From: Eledone cirrhosa
Taxonomy: Eukaryota
Length of the DNA stretch: 64,000 bases
NCBI GenBank assembly: GCA_964016885.1
Contig: OZ024753.1
Coordinates: forward strand, 21,452,001 to 21,516,000
Direction: 5' to 3'
Part shown: positions 37,301 to 52,300 of the stretch, one piece after another
How positions within the stretch are numbered: the first letter of the stretch is position 1
How the letters are laid out: the number at the start of each line of letters is the position of its first letter
Made by a program: the position numbers and the translations under genes
The notes under the pieces: generated by a model
Told to the model about the DNA's origin: nothing
What the model saw: only the letters and a program-made list of their open reading frames with translations
The model's database searches: none

Positions 37301-40300
37301 GATCTGACATAACCCATTCTAGCCACAGTAGTGACCAGACCTGACATAACCCATTCTAGCCACAGTAGTGACCAGACCTGACATAACCCATTCTAGCCAC
37401 AGTAGTGACCAGACCTGACATAACCCATGCTAGCCTTAGTACTGGTCAGACCTGACATAACCCATGCTAGCCTTAGTAATGACCAGAACTGACATAACCC
37501 ATGCTAGCCTTAGTAGTGACCAGACCTGACATAAGCCATGCTAGCCTTAGTAGTGACCAGACATGACATAACCCATGCTAGCCTATTTAGTGGCCAGACC
37601 TGACATAACCCATGTTAGCCTTAGTAGTGGCCAGACCTGACATAACCCATGCTAGCCCCTGTAGTGGCCAGACCTGACATAACCCATGCTAGCCTCAGTA
37701 GTGCTCAGACCTGACATAACCCATGCTAGCCTTAGTAGTGGCCAGACCTGACATAACCCATGCTAGCCTTAGTAGTGACCAGACCTGACATAACACATGC
37801 TAGCCACAGAGGTGACCAGACCTGACATAACCCATGCTAGCCACAGTAGTGACCAGACCTGACATTACCCATGCATGACTTAGTAGTGACCAGACCTGAC
37901 ATAACCCATGCTAGACTCAGTAGTGACCAGACCTGACATAACACATGCTAGCCTTAGTAGTGACCAGACCTGACATAACCCATGTTATCCTTAGTAGTGG
38001 TCTGACCAAACATAGCCCATACTAGCCACAGAGGTGACCAGACCTGACATAAAGCATGCTAGACTCAGTAGTGACCAGACCTGACGTAACCCATGCTAGC
38101 CTCAGTAGTGACCAGACCTGACATAACCCATGCTAGCGAGAGTAGTGACCAGACCTGACATAACCCATGCTAGTCTTAGTAGTGACCAGACTGACAGAAC
38201 CTATGCTAGCCTCAGTAGTGGTCAGACCTGATATAAACCATGTTATCCTCAGTAGTAGCCAGACCTGACATAACCAATGCTAGCCTCAGTAGTGACCAGA
38301 CCTGACATAACCCATGCTAGCCTTAGTAGTGACCAGACCTGACATAACCCATGCTAGCCTCAGTAGTGACCAGACCTGACATAACCCATGCTAGCCTTAG
38401 TAATGACCGGACCTTACATAACCCATGCTGCCTCAGTAGTGACCGGACCTTACATAACCCATGCTAGCCTCAGTAGTGACCAGACCTGACATAACCCATG
38501 CTAGCCTTAGTAGTGACCAGACCTGACATAACCCATGCTAGCCTTAGTAGTGACCAGACCTGACATAACCCATGCTAGCCTTAGTAGTGACCAGACCCGA
38601 CATAACCCATGCTAGCCTTAATAGTGACCAGATCTGACATAACCCATGCTAGCCTCAGTAGTGACCAGACCCGACATAACCCATGCTAGCCTTAGTAGTG
38701 ACCAGACCTGACATAACCCATGCTAGCCTTAGTAGTGACCAGACCTGACATAACCCATGCTAGCCACAGTAGTGACCGGACCTTACATAACCCATGCTAG
38801 CCTCAGTAGTGACCAGACCTGACATAACTCATGCTAGGCTTAGTAGTGACCAGACCTGTCATAACCCATGCTAGCCTTAGTAGTGACCAGACCTGTCATA
38901 ACCCATGCTAGCCTTAGTAGTGACCAGACATGACTTAACCCATGCTAGCCTTAGTAGTGACCAGACCTGACATAACCCATGCTAGCCTTAGTAGTGACCA
39001 GACCTGACATAACCCATGCTAGCCTTAGTAGTGACCAGACCTGACATAACCCATGCTAGCCTTAGTAGTGACCAGACCTGTCATAACCCATGCTAGCCTT
39101 AGTAGTGACCAGACCTGTCATAACCCATGCTAGCCTTAGTAGTGACCAGACATGACATAACCTATGCTAGCCTTAGTAGTGACCAGACCTGACTTAACCC
39201 ATGCTAGCCTCAGTAGTGACCAAACATGACATAACACATGCTAGCCTTAGTAGTGACCAGACATGACATAACCCATGCTAGCCTCAGTAGTGACCAGACC
39301 TGACATAACACATGCTAGCCTTAGTAGTGACCAGACCTGATATAACCCATGCTAGTCTCAGTAGTGACCAGACCTGACATAACCCATGCTAGCCTTAGTA
39401 GTGACCAGACCTGACATAACCCATGCTAGCCACAGTAGTGACCAGACCTGACATAACCCATGCTAGCCTTAGTAGTGACCAGACCTGACTTAACCCATGC
39501 TAGCCTCAGTAGTGACCAGACCTGACATAACCCATGCTAGCCTTAGTAGTGACCAGACCTGACATAACCCATGCTAGCCTTAGTAGTGACCAGACCTGAC
39601 ATAACCCATGCTAGCCTTAGTAGTGACCAGACCCGACATAACCCATGCTAGCCTTAATAGTGACCAGATCTGACATAACCCATGCTAGCCTCAGTAGTGA
39701 CCAGACCCGACATAACCCATGCTAGCCTTAGTAGTGACCAGACCTGAAATAACCCATGCTAGCCTTAGTAGTGACCAGACCTGACATAAGCCATGCTAGC
39801 CACAGTAGTGACCAGACCTGACATAACCCATGCTAGCCTCAGTAATGACCAGACCTGACATAACCCATGCTAGCCTCAGTAGTGACCAGACCTGACATAA
39901 CCCATGCTAGCCTCAGTAGTGACCAGACCTGACATAACCCATGCTAGCCTCAGTAGTGACCAGACCTGACATAACCCATGCTAGCCTTAGTAGTGACCAG
40001 ACCTGACATAACCCATGCTAGCCTCAGTAGTGACCAGACCTGACATAACCCATGCTAGCCTCAGTAGTGACCAGACCTGACATAACCACCCATGCTAGCC
40101 TCAGTAGTGACCAGACCTGACATAACCCATGCTAGCCTTAGTAGTGACCAGACCTGACATAACCCATGCTAGCCACAGTAGTGACCAGACCTGACATAAC
40201 CCATGCTAGCCTTAGTAGTGACAAGACCTGACATAAGCCATGCTAGCCTTAGTAGTGACCAGACGTGACATAAGCCATGCTAGCCTTAGTAGTGACCAGA

Positions 40301-43300
40301 CCTGACATAACCCATGCTAGCCACAGTAGTGACCAGACCTGACATAACCCATGCTAGCCACAGTAGTGACCAGACCTGACATAACCCATGCTAGCCTTAG
40401 TAGTGACCAGACCTGACATAACCCATGCTAGCCTGAGTAATGACCAGAACTGACATAACCCATGCGAGCCTCAGTAGTGACTAGACCTGACATAACCCAT
40501 GCTAGCCTTAGTAGTGACCAGACCTGACATAACCCATGCTAGCCTGAGTAATGACCAGAACTGACATAACCCATGCTAGTCTCAGTAGTGACCAGACCTG
40601 ACATAACCCATGCTAGCCACAGTAGTGACCAGACCTGACATAACCCATGCTAGCCACAGTAGTGACCAGACCTGACATAACCCATGCTAGCCACAGTAGT
40701 GACCAGACCTGACATAACCCATGCTAGCCACAGTAGTGACCAGACCTGACATAACCCATGCTAGCCTCAGTAGTGACCAGACCTGACATAACCCATGCTA
40801 GCCTTAGTAGTGACCAGACCTGACATAACCCATGCTAGCCTTAGTAGTGACCAGACCTGACATAACCCATTCTAGCCTCAGTAGTGACCAGACCTGACAT
40901 AACCCATGCTAGTCTCAGTAGTGACCAGACCTGACATAACCCATGCTAGCCTTAGTAGTGACCAGACCTGACATAACCCATGCTAGCCTTAGTAGTGACC
41001 AGACCTGACATAACCCATGCTAGCCACAGTAGTGACCAGACCTGACATAACCCATGCTAGCCACAGTAGTGACCAGACCTGACATAACCCATGCTAGCCA
41101 CAGTAGTGACCAGACCTGACATAACCCATGCTAGCCACAGTAGTGACCAGACCTGACATAACCCATGCTAGCCACAGTAGTGACCAGACCTGACATAACC
41201 CATGCTAGCCACAGTAGTGACCAGACCTGACATAACCCATGCTAGCCTCAGTAGTGACCAGACCTGATATAACCCATGCTAGTCTCAGTAGTGACCAGAC
41301 CTGACATAACCCATTCTAGCCTCAGTTGTGACCAGACCTGACATAACCCATGCTAGCCTCAGTAATGACCAGACCTGACATAACCCATGCTAGCCTTAGT
41401 AGTGACCAGACCTGACATAACCCATTCTAGCCTTAGTAGTGACCAGACCTGACATAACCCATGCTAGCCTCAGTAGTGACCAGACCTGACATAACCCATG
41501 CTAGCCTTAGTAGTGACCAGACCTGACATAACCCATGCTAGTCTCAGTAGTGACCAGACCTGACATAACCCATGCTAGCCTTAGTAGTGACCAGACCTGA
41601 CATAACCCATTCTAGCCTTAGTAGTGACCAGACCTGACATAACCCATTCTAGCCTTAGTAGTGGCCAGACCTGACATAACCCATGCTAGCCTTAGTAGTG
41701 ACCAGACCTGACATAACCCATGCTAGCCTTAGTAGTGACCAGACCTGACATAACCCATGCTAGACTTAGTAGTGACCACACCTGACATAACCCATGCTAG
41801 CCTCAGTAGTGACCAGACCTGACATAACCCATGCTAGCCTTAGTAGTGACCAGACCTGACATAACCCATGCTAGCCTTAGTAGTGACCAGACCTGACATA
41901 ACCCATGCTAGCCTTAGTAATGACCAGACCTGACATAACCCATGCTAGCCTTAGTAGTGACCAGACCTGACATAACCCATTCTAGCCTTAGTAGTGACCA
42001 GACCTGACATAACCCATGCTAGCCTTAGTAGTGACCAGACCTGACATAACCCATGCTAGCCTTAGTAGTGACCAGACCTGACATAACCCATGCTAGCCTT
42101 AGTAGTGACCAGACCTGACATAACCCATGCTAGCCTTAGTAATGACCAGACCTGACATAACCCATGCTAGCCTTAGTAGTGACCAGACCTGACATAACCC
42201 ATTCTAGCCTTAGTAGTGACCAGACCTGACATAACCCATTCTAGCCTTAGTAGTGACCAGACCTGACATAACCCATGCTAGCCTTAGTAGTGACCAGACC
42301 TGACATAACCCATGCTAGCCTTAGTAGTGACCAGACCTGACATAACCCATGCTAGCCTTAGTAATGACCAGACATGACATAACCCATGCTAGCCTTAGTA
42401 GTGACCAGACCTGACATAACCCATTCTAGCCTTAGTAGTGACCAGACCTGACATAACCCATGCTAGCCTTAGTAGTGGCCAGACCTGACATAACCCATGC
42501 TAGCCTTAGTAATGACCAGACCTGACATAACCCATGCTAGCCTTAGTAGTGACCAGACCTGACATAACCCATTCTAGCCTTAGTAGTGACCAGACCTGAC
42601 ATAACCCATGCTAGCCTCAGTAGTGACCAGACATGACATAACCCATGCTAGTCTCAGTAGTGACCAGACCTGACATAACCCATGCTAGCCTCAGTAGTGA
42701 CCAGACCTGACATAACCCATGCTAGCCTTAGTAGTGACCAGACCTGACATAACCCATTCTAGCCTTAGTAGTGACCAGACCTGACATAACCCATTCTAGC
42801 CTTAGTAGTGGCCAGACCTGACATAACCCATGCTAGCCTTAGTAATGACCAGACCTGACATAACCCATGCTAGCCTTAGTAGTGACCAGACCTGACATAA
42901 CCCATTCTAGCCTTAGTAGTGACCAGACCTGACATAACCCATTCTAGCCTTAGTAGTGGCCAGACCTGACATAACCCATGCTAGCCTTAGTAATGACCAG
43001 ACCTGACATAACCCATGCTAGCCTTAGTAGTTACCAGACCTGACATAACCCATTCTAGCCTTAGTAGTGACCAGACCTGACATAACCCATGCTAGCCTCA
43101 GTAGTGACCAGACCTGACATAACCCATGCTAGCCTTAGTAATGACCAGACCTGACATAACCCATGCTAGCCTTAGTAATGACCAGAACTGACATAACCCA
43201 TGCAGCCTCAGTGGTGACCAGACGTGACATAACCCATGCTCGCCTCAGTAGTGACCAGACCTGACATAACCCATGCTAGCCACAGTAGTGGCCAGACCTG

Positions 43301-46300
43301 ACATAACCCATGCTAGCCTTAGTAGTGACGAGATCTGACATAACCCATTCTAGCCACAGTAGTGACCAGACCTGACATAACCCATTCTAGCCACAGTAGT
43401 GACCAGACCTGACATAACCCATTCTAGCCACAGTAGTGACCAGACCTGACATAACCCATGCTAGCCTTAGTAGTGACGAGATCTGACATAACCCATTCTA
43501 GCCACAGTAGTGACCAGACCTGACATAACCCATTCTAGCCACAGTAGTGACCAGACCTGACATAACCCATGCTAGCCACAGTAGTGGCCAGACCTGACAT
43601 AACCCATGCTAGCCACAGTAGTGACGAGATCTGACATAACCCATTCTAGCCACAGTAGTGACCAGACCTGACATAACCCATTCTAGCCACAGTAGTGACC
43701 AGACCTGACATAACCCATTCTAGCCACAGTAGTGACCAGACCTGACATAACCCATGCTAGCCTTAGTAGTGACGAGATCTGACATAACCCATTCTAGCCA
43801 CAGTAGTGACCAGACCTGACATAACCCATTCTAGCCACAGTAGTGACCAGACCTGACATAACCCATTCTAGCCACAGTAGTGACCAGACCTGACATAACC
43901 CATGCTAGCCTTAGTAGTGACGAGATCTGACATAACCCATTCTAGCCACAGTAGTGACCAGACCTGACATAACCCATTCTAGCCACAGTAGTGACGAGAT
44001 CTGACATAACCCATTCTAGCCACAGTAGTGACCAGACCTGACATAACCCATTCTAGCCACAGTAGTGACCAGACCTGACATAACCCATGCTAGCCTTAGT
44101 AGTGACGAGATCTGACATAACCCATTCTAGCCACAGTAGTGACCAGACCTGACATAACCCATTCTAGCCACAGTAGTGACCAGACCTGACATAACCCATG
44201 CTAGCCTTAGTACTGGTCAGACCTGACATAACCCATGCTAGCCTTAGTAATGACCAGAACTGACATAACCCATGCTAGCCTTAGTAGTGACCAGACCTGA
44301 CATAAGCCATGCTAGCCTTAGTAGTGACCAGACATGACATAACCCATGCTAGCCTATTTAGTGGCCAGACCTGACATAACCCATGTTAGCCTTAGTAGTG
44401 GCCAGACCTGACATAACCCATGCTAGCCCCTGTAGTGGCCAGACCTGACATAACCCATGCTAGCCTCAGTAGTGCTCAGACCTGACATAACCCATGCTAG
44501 CCTTAGTAGTGGCAAGACCTGACATAACCCATGCTAGCCTTAGTAGTGACCAGACCTGACATAACACATGCTAGCCACAGAGGTGACCAGACCTGACATA
44601 ACCCATGCTAGCCACAGTAGTGACCAGACCTGACATTACCCATGCATGACTTAGTAGTGACCAGACCTGACATAACCCATGCTAGACTCAGTAGTGACCA
44701 GACCTGACATAACACATGCTAGCCTTAGTAGTGACCAGACCTGACATAACCCATGTTATCCTTAGTAGTGGTCTGACCAAACATAGCCCATACTAGCCAC
44801 AGAGGTGACCAGACCTGACATAAACCATGCTAGACTCAGTAGTGACCAGACCTGACGTAACCCATGCTAGCCTCAGTAGTGACCAGACCTGACATAACCC
44901 ATGCTAGCGAGAGTAGTGACCAGACCTGACATAACCCATGCTAGTCTTAGTAGTGACCAGACTGACAGAACCTATGCTAGCCTCAGTAGTGGTCAGACCT
45001 GATATAAACCATGTTATCCTCAGTAGTAGCCAGACCTGACATAACCAATGCTAGCCTCAGTAGTGACCAGACCTGACATAACCCATGCTAGCCTTAGTAG
45101 TGACCAGACCTGACATAACCCATGCTGCCTCAGTAGTGACCGGACCTTACATAACCCATGCTAGCCTCAGTAGTGACCAGACCTGACATAACCCATGCTA
45201 GCCTTAGTAGTGACCAGACCTGACATAACCCATGCTAGCCTTAGTAGTGACCAGACCTGACATAACCCATGCTAGCCTTAGTAGTGACCAGACCCGACAT
45301 AACCCATGCTAGCCTTAATAGTGACCAGATCTGACATAACCCATGCTAGCCTCAGTAGTGACCAGACCCGACATAACCCATGCTAGCCTTAGTAGTGACC
45401 AGACCTGACATAACCCATGCTAGCCTTAGTAGTGACCAGACCTGACATAACCCATGCTAGCCACAGTAGTGACCGGACCTTACATAACCCATGCTAGCCT
45501 CAGTAGTGACCAGACCTGACATAACTCATGCTAGGCTTAGTAGTGACCAGACCTGTCATAACCCATGCTAGCCTTAGTAGTGACCAGACCTGTCATAACC
45601 CATGCTAGCCTTAGTAGTGACCAGACATGACTTAACCCATGCTAGCCTTAGTAGTGACCAGACCTGACATAACCCATGCTAGCCTTAGTAGTGACCAGAC
45701 CTGACATAACCCATGCTAGCCTTAGTAGTGACCAGACCTGACATAACCCATGCTAGCCTTAGTAGTGACCAGACCTGTCATAACCCATGCTAGCCTTAGT
45801 AGTGACCAGACCTGTCATAACCCATGCTAGCCTTAGTAGTGACCAGACCTGATATAACCCATGCTAGTCTCAGTAGTGACCAGACCTGACATAACCCATG
45901 CTAGCCTTAGTAGTGACCAGACCTGACATAACCCATGCTAGCCACAGTAGTGACCAGACCTGACATAACCCATGCTAGCCTTAGTAGTGACCAGACCTGA
46001 CTTAACCCATGCTAGCCTCAGTAGTGACCAGACCTGACATAACCCATGCTAGCCTTAGTAGTGACCAGACCTGACATAACCCATGCTAGCCTTAGTAGTG
46101 ACCAGACCTGACATAACCCATGCTAGCCTTAGTAGTGACCGGACCCGACATAACCCATGCTAGCCTTAATAGTGACCAGATCTGACATAACCCATGCTAG
46201 CCTCAGTAGTGACCAGACCCGACATAACCCATGCTAGCCTTAGTAGTGACCAGACCTGACATAACCCATGCTAGCCTTAGTAGTGACCAGACCTGACATA

Positions 46301-49300
46301 AGCCATGCTAGCCACAGTAGTGACCAGACCTGACATAACCCATGCTAGCCTCAGTAATGACCAGACCTGACATAACCCATGCTAGCCTCAGTAGTGACCA
46401 GACCTGACATAACCCATGCTAGCCTCAGTAGTGACCAGACCTGACATAACCCATGCTAGCCTCAGTAGTGACCAGACCTGACATAACCCATGCTAGCCTT
46501 AGTAGTGACCAGACCTGACATAACCCATGCTAGCCTCAGTAGTGACCAGACCTGACATAACCCATGCTAGCCTCAGTAGTGACCAGACCTGACATAACCA
46601 CCCATGCTAGCCTCAGTAGTGACCAGACCTGACATAACCCATGCTAGCCTTAGTAGTGACCAGACCTGACATAAGCCATGCTAGCCTTAGTAGTGACCAG
46701 ACCTGACATAACCCATGCTAGCCACAGTAGTGACCAGACCTGACATAACCCATGCTAGCCTTAGTAGTGACAAGACCTGACATAAGCCATGCTAGCCTTA
46801 GTAGTGACCAGACCTGACATAAGCCATGCTAGCCTTAGTAGTGACCAGACCTGACATAACCCATGCTAGCCACAGTAGTGACCAGACCTGACATAACCCA
46901 TGCTAGCCACAGTAGTGACCAGACCTGACATAACCCATGCTAGCCTTAGTAGTGACCAGACCTGACATAACCCATGCTAGCCTGAGTAATGACCAGAACT
47001 GACATAACCCATGCGAGCCTCAGTAGTGACTAGACCTGACATAACCCATGCTAGCCTTAGTAGTGACCAGACCTGACATAACCCATGCTAGCCTGAGTAA
47101 TGACCAGAACTGACATAACCCATGCTAGTCTCAGTAGTGACCAGACCTGACATAACCCATGCTAGCCACAGTAGTGACCAGACCTGACATAACCCATGCT
47201 AGCCACAGTAGTGACCAGACCTGACATAACCCATGCTAGCCACAGTAGTGACCAGACCTGACATAACCCATGCTAGCCACAGTAGTGACCAGACCTGACA
47301 TAACCCATGCTAGCCACAGTAGTGACCAGACCTGACATAACCCATGCTAGCCTTAGTAGTGACCAGACCTGACATAACCCATGCTAGCCACAGTAGTGAC
47401 CAGACCTGACATAACCCATGCTAGCCTCAGTAGTGACCAGACCTGATATACCCCATGCTAGTCTCAGTAGTGACCAGACCTGACATAACCCATGCTAGCC
47501 ACAGTAGTGACCATACCTGACATAACCCATGCTAGCCTTAGTAGTGACCAGACCTGACATAACCCATGCTAGCCACAGTAGTGACCAGACCTGACATAAC
47601 CCATGCTAGCCACAGTAGTGACCAGACCTGACATAAGCCATGCTAGCCTTAGTAGTGACCAGACCTGACATAACCCATGCTAGTCTCAGTAGTGACCAGA
47701 CCTGACATAACCCATGCTAGCCTCAGTAGTGACCAGACCTGACATAACCCATGCTAGCCTTAGTAGTGACCAGACATGACATAACCCATGCTAGCCTCAG
47801 TAGTGACCAGACATGACATAACCCATGCTAGTCTCAGTAGTGACCAGACCTGACATAACCCATGCTAGCCTCAGTAGTGACCAGACCTGACATAACCCAT
47901 GCTAGCCACAGTAGTGACCAGACCTGACATAACCCATGCTAGCCACAGTAGTGACCATACCTGACATAACCTATGCTAGCCTTAGTAGTGACCAGACATG
48001 ACATAACCCATGCTAGCCACAGTAGTGACCAGACCTGACATAACCCATGCTAGCCTCAGTAGTGACCAGACCTGATATAACCCATGCTAGTCTCAGTAGT
48101 GACCAGACCTGATATAACCCATGCTAGCCTCAGTAGTGACCAGACCTGACATAACCCATGCTAGCCTCAGAGGTGACCAGACCTGACATAACACATGCTA
48201 GCCTTAGTAGTGACCAGACATGACATAACCCATGCTAGCCTTAGTAGTGACCAGATCTGACATAACCCATGCTAGCCTTAGTACTGACCAGACCTAACAT
48301 AACCCATGCTAGCCTTAGTAGTGACCAGACCTGACATAACCCATGCTAGACTTAGTAGTGACCACACCTGACATAACCCATGCTCGCCTCAGTAGTGACC
48401 AGACCTGACATAACCCATGCTAGACTTAGTGGTCACCAGACCTGACATAACCCATGCTAGCCTCAGTAGTGACCAGACCTGACATAACCCATGCTAGCCT
48501 CAGTAGTGACCAGACCTGACATAACCCATGCTAGCCGTAGAATTGACCAGACCTGACATAACCCATGCTAGCCTTAGGAGTGACCAGACGTGACATAAGC
48601 CATGTTATCCTCAGTAGTGGCCAGACCTGACATAACCCATGCTAGCCTCAGTAGTGACCAGACCTGACATAACCCATGCTAGCCTTAGTAGTGACCAGAC
48701 CTGACATAACCCATACTAGCCTCAGTAGTGACCAGACCTGACATAACCCATGCTAGCCTTAGTAGTGACCAGACCTGACATAACCCATGCTAGCCTTAGT
48801 AGTGACCAGACCTGACATAACCCATGCTAGCCTTAGTAGTGACCATACCTGACATAACCCATGCTAGCCTTAGTAGTGACCAGACCTGACATAACCCATG
48901 CTAGCCTTAGTAGTGACCAAACCTGACATAACCCATGCTAGCCTTAGTAGTGACCAGACCTGACATAACCCATACTAGCCTCAGTAGTGACCAGACCTGA
49001 CATAACCCATGCTAGCCGTAGAATTGACCAGACCTGACATAACCCATGCTAGCCTTAGTAGTGACCAGACCTGACATAACCCATACTAGCCTCAGTAGTG
49101 ACCAGACCTGACATAACCCATGCTAGCCGTAGAATTGACCAGACCTGACATAACCCATGCTAGCCTTAGTAGTGACCAGACCTGACATAACCCATGCTAG
49201 CCTTAGTAGTGACCAGACCTGACATAACCCATACTAGCCTCAGTAGTGACCAGACCTGACATAACCCATGCTAGCCGTAGAATTGACCATACCTGACATA

Positions 49301-52300
49301 ACCCATGCTAGCCTTAGTAGTGACCAGACCTGACATAACCCATGCTAGCCTCAGTAGTGACCAGACCTGACATAACCCATGCTAGCCTTAGTAGTGACCA
49401 GACCTGACATAACCCATGCTAGCCACAGTAGTGACCAGACCTGACATAACCCATGCTAGCCGTAGAATTGACCAGACCTGACATAACCCATGCTAGCCTT
49501 AGTAGTGACCAGACCTGACATAACCCATGCTAGCCTTAGTAGTGACCAGACCCGACATAACCCATGCTAGCCTTAGTAGTGACCAGACCTGACATAACCC
49601 ATGCTAGCCACAGTAGTGACCAGACCTGACATAACCCATGCTAGCCGTAGAATTGACCAGACCTGACATAACCCATGCTAGCCTTAGTAGTGACCAGACC
49701 TGACATAACCCATGCTAGCCTTAGTAGTGACCAGACCTGACATAACCCATGCTAGCCTCAGTAGTGACCAGACCTGACATAACCCATGCTAGCCTTAGTA
49801 GTGACCAGACCTGACATAACCCATGCTAGCCTTAGTAGTGACCAGACCCGACATAACCCATGCTAGCCTTAGTAGTGACCAGACCTGACATAACCCATGC
49901 TAGCCACAGTAGTGACCAGACCTGACATAACCCATGCTAGCCGTAGAATTGACCAGACCTGACATAACCCATGCTAGTCTCAGTAGTGACCAGACCTGAC
50001 ATAACCCATGCTAGCCTTAGTAATGACCAGACCTGACATAACCCATGCTAGCCTTAGTAATGACCAGACCTGACATAACCCATGCTAGCCGTAGAATTGA
50101 CCAGACCTGACATAACCCATGCTAGTCTCAGTAGTGACCAGACCTGACATAACCCATGCTAGCCTTAGTAGTGACCAGACCTGACATAACCCATGCTAGC
50201 CTTAGTAGTGACCAGACATGACATAACCCATGCTAGCCTTAGTAGTGACCAGACCTGACATAACCCATGCTAGCCTTAGTAGTGACCAGACCTGACATAA
50301 CCCATGCTAGCCACAGTAGTGACCAGACCTGACATAAGCCATGCTAGCCTTAGTAGTGACCAGACCTGACATAACCCATGCTAGCCCCAGTAGTGACCAG
50401 ACCTGACATAAGCCATGCTAGTCTCAGTAGTGACCAGACCTGACATAACCCATGCTAGCCTTAGTAGTGACCAGACCTGACATAACCCATGCTAGCCACA
50501 GTAGTGACCAGACCTGACATAAGCCATGCTAGCCTTAGTAGTGACCAGACCTGACATAACCCATGCTAGCCACAGTAGTGACCAGACCTGACATAAGCCA
50601 TGCTAGTCTCAGTAGTGACCAGACCTGACATAACCCATGCTAGCCACAGTAGTGACCAGACCTGACATAAGCCATGCTAGTCTCAGTAGTGACCAGACCC
50701 GACATAACCCATGCTAACCTTAGTAATGACCAGACCTGACATAACCCATGCTAGCCTTAGTAGTGACCAGCCCCGACATAACCCATGCTAGCCTTAGTAG
50801 TGACCAGACCTGACATAAGCCATGCTAGCCTTAGTAGTGACCAGATCTGACATAACCCATGCTAGCCTTAGTAGTGACCAGACCTGACATAATCCATGCT
50901 AGCCTTAGTAGTGACCAGACCCGACATAACCCATGCTAGCCTTAGTAGTGACCAGACCTGACATAACCCATGCTAGCCACAGTAGTGACCAGACCTGACA
51001 TAAGCCATGCTAGCCTTAGTAGTGACCAGACCTGACATAACCCATGCTAGCCACAATAGTGACCAGACCTGACATAAGCCATGCTAGTCTCAGTAGTGAC
51101 CAGACCTGACATAACCCATGCTAGCCACAGTAGTGACCAGACCTGACATAAGCCATGCTAGTCTCAGTAGTGACCAGACCCGACATAACCCATGCTAACC
51201 TTAGTAATGACCAGACCTGACATAACCCATGCTAGCCTTAGTAGTGACCAGACCCGACATAACCCATGCTAGCCTTAGTAGTGACCAGACCTGACATAAG
51301 CCATGCTAGCCTTAGTAGTGACCAGATCTGACATAACCCATGCTAGCCTTAGTAGTGACCAGACCTGACATAACCCATGCTAGCCTTAGTAGTGACCAGA
51401 CCCGACATAACCCATGCTAGCCTTAGTAGTGACCAGACCTGACATAACCCATGCTAGCCTTAGTAGTGACCAGACCCGACATAACCCATGCTAGCCTTAG
51501 TAGTGACCAGACATGACATAACCCATGCTAGCCTTAGTAGTGACCAGATCTGACATAACCCATGCTAGGCTTAGTAGTGACCAGACCTGTCATAACCCAT
51601 GCTAGCCTTAGTAGTGACCAGACATGACATAACCCATGCTAGCCTTAGTAGTGACCAGACCTGACTTAACCCATGCTAGCCTTAGTAGTGACCAGACCTG
51701 ACTTAACCCATGCTAGCCTCAGTAGTGACCAGACCTGACATAATCCATGCCAGCCTTAGTAGTGACCAGACCTGACATAACCCATGCTAGCCTTAGTAGT
51801 GACCAGACCTGATATAACCCATGCTAGTCACAGTAGTGACCAGACCTGACTTAACCCATGCTAGCCTCAGTAGTGACCAGACCTGACATAATCCATGCCA
51901 GCCTTAGTAGTGACCAGACCTGACATAACCCATGCTAGCCTTAGTAGTGACCAGACCTGATATAACCCATGCTAGTCACAGTAGTGACCAGACCTGACAT
52001 AACCCATGCTAGCCTTAGTAGTGACCAGACCTGATATAACCCATGCTAGTCACAGTAGTGACCAGACCTGACATAACCCATGCTAGCCTCAGTAGTGACC
52101 AGACCTGACATAATCCATGCCAGCCTTAGTAGTGACCAGACCTGACATAACCCATGCTAGCCTCAGTAGTGACCAGACCTGATATAACCCATGCTAGTCT
52201 CAGTAGTGACCAGACCTGACATAACCCATGCTAGCCTTAGTAGTGACCAGACATGACATAACCCATGCTAGCCTTAGTAGTGACCAGACCTGACATAACC

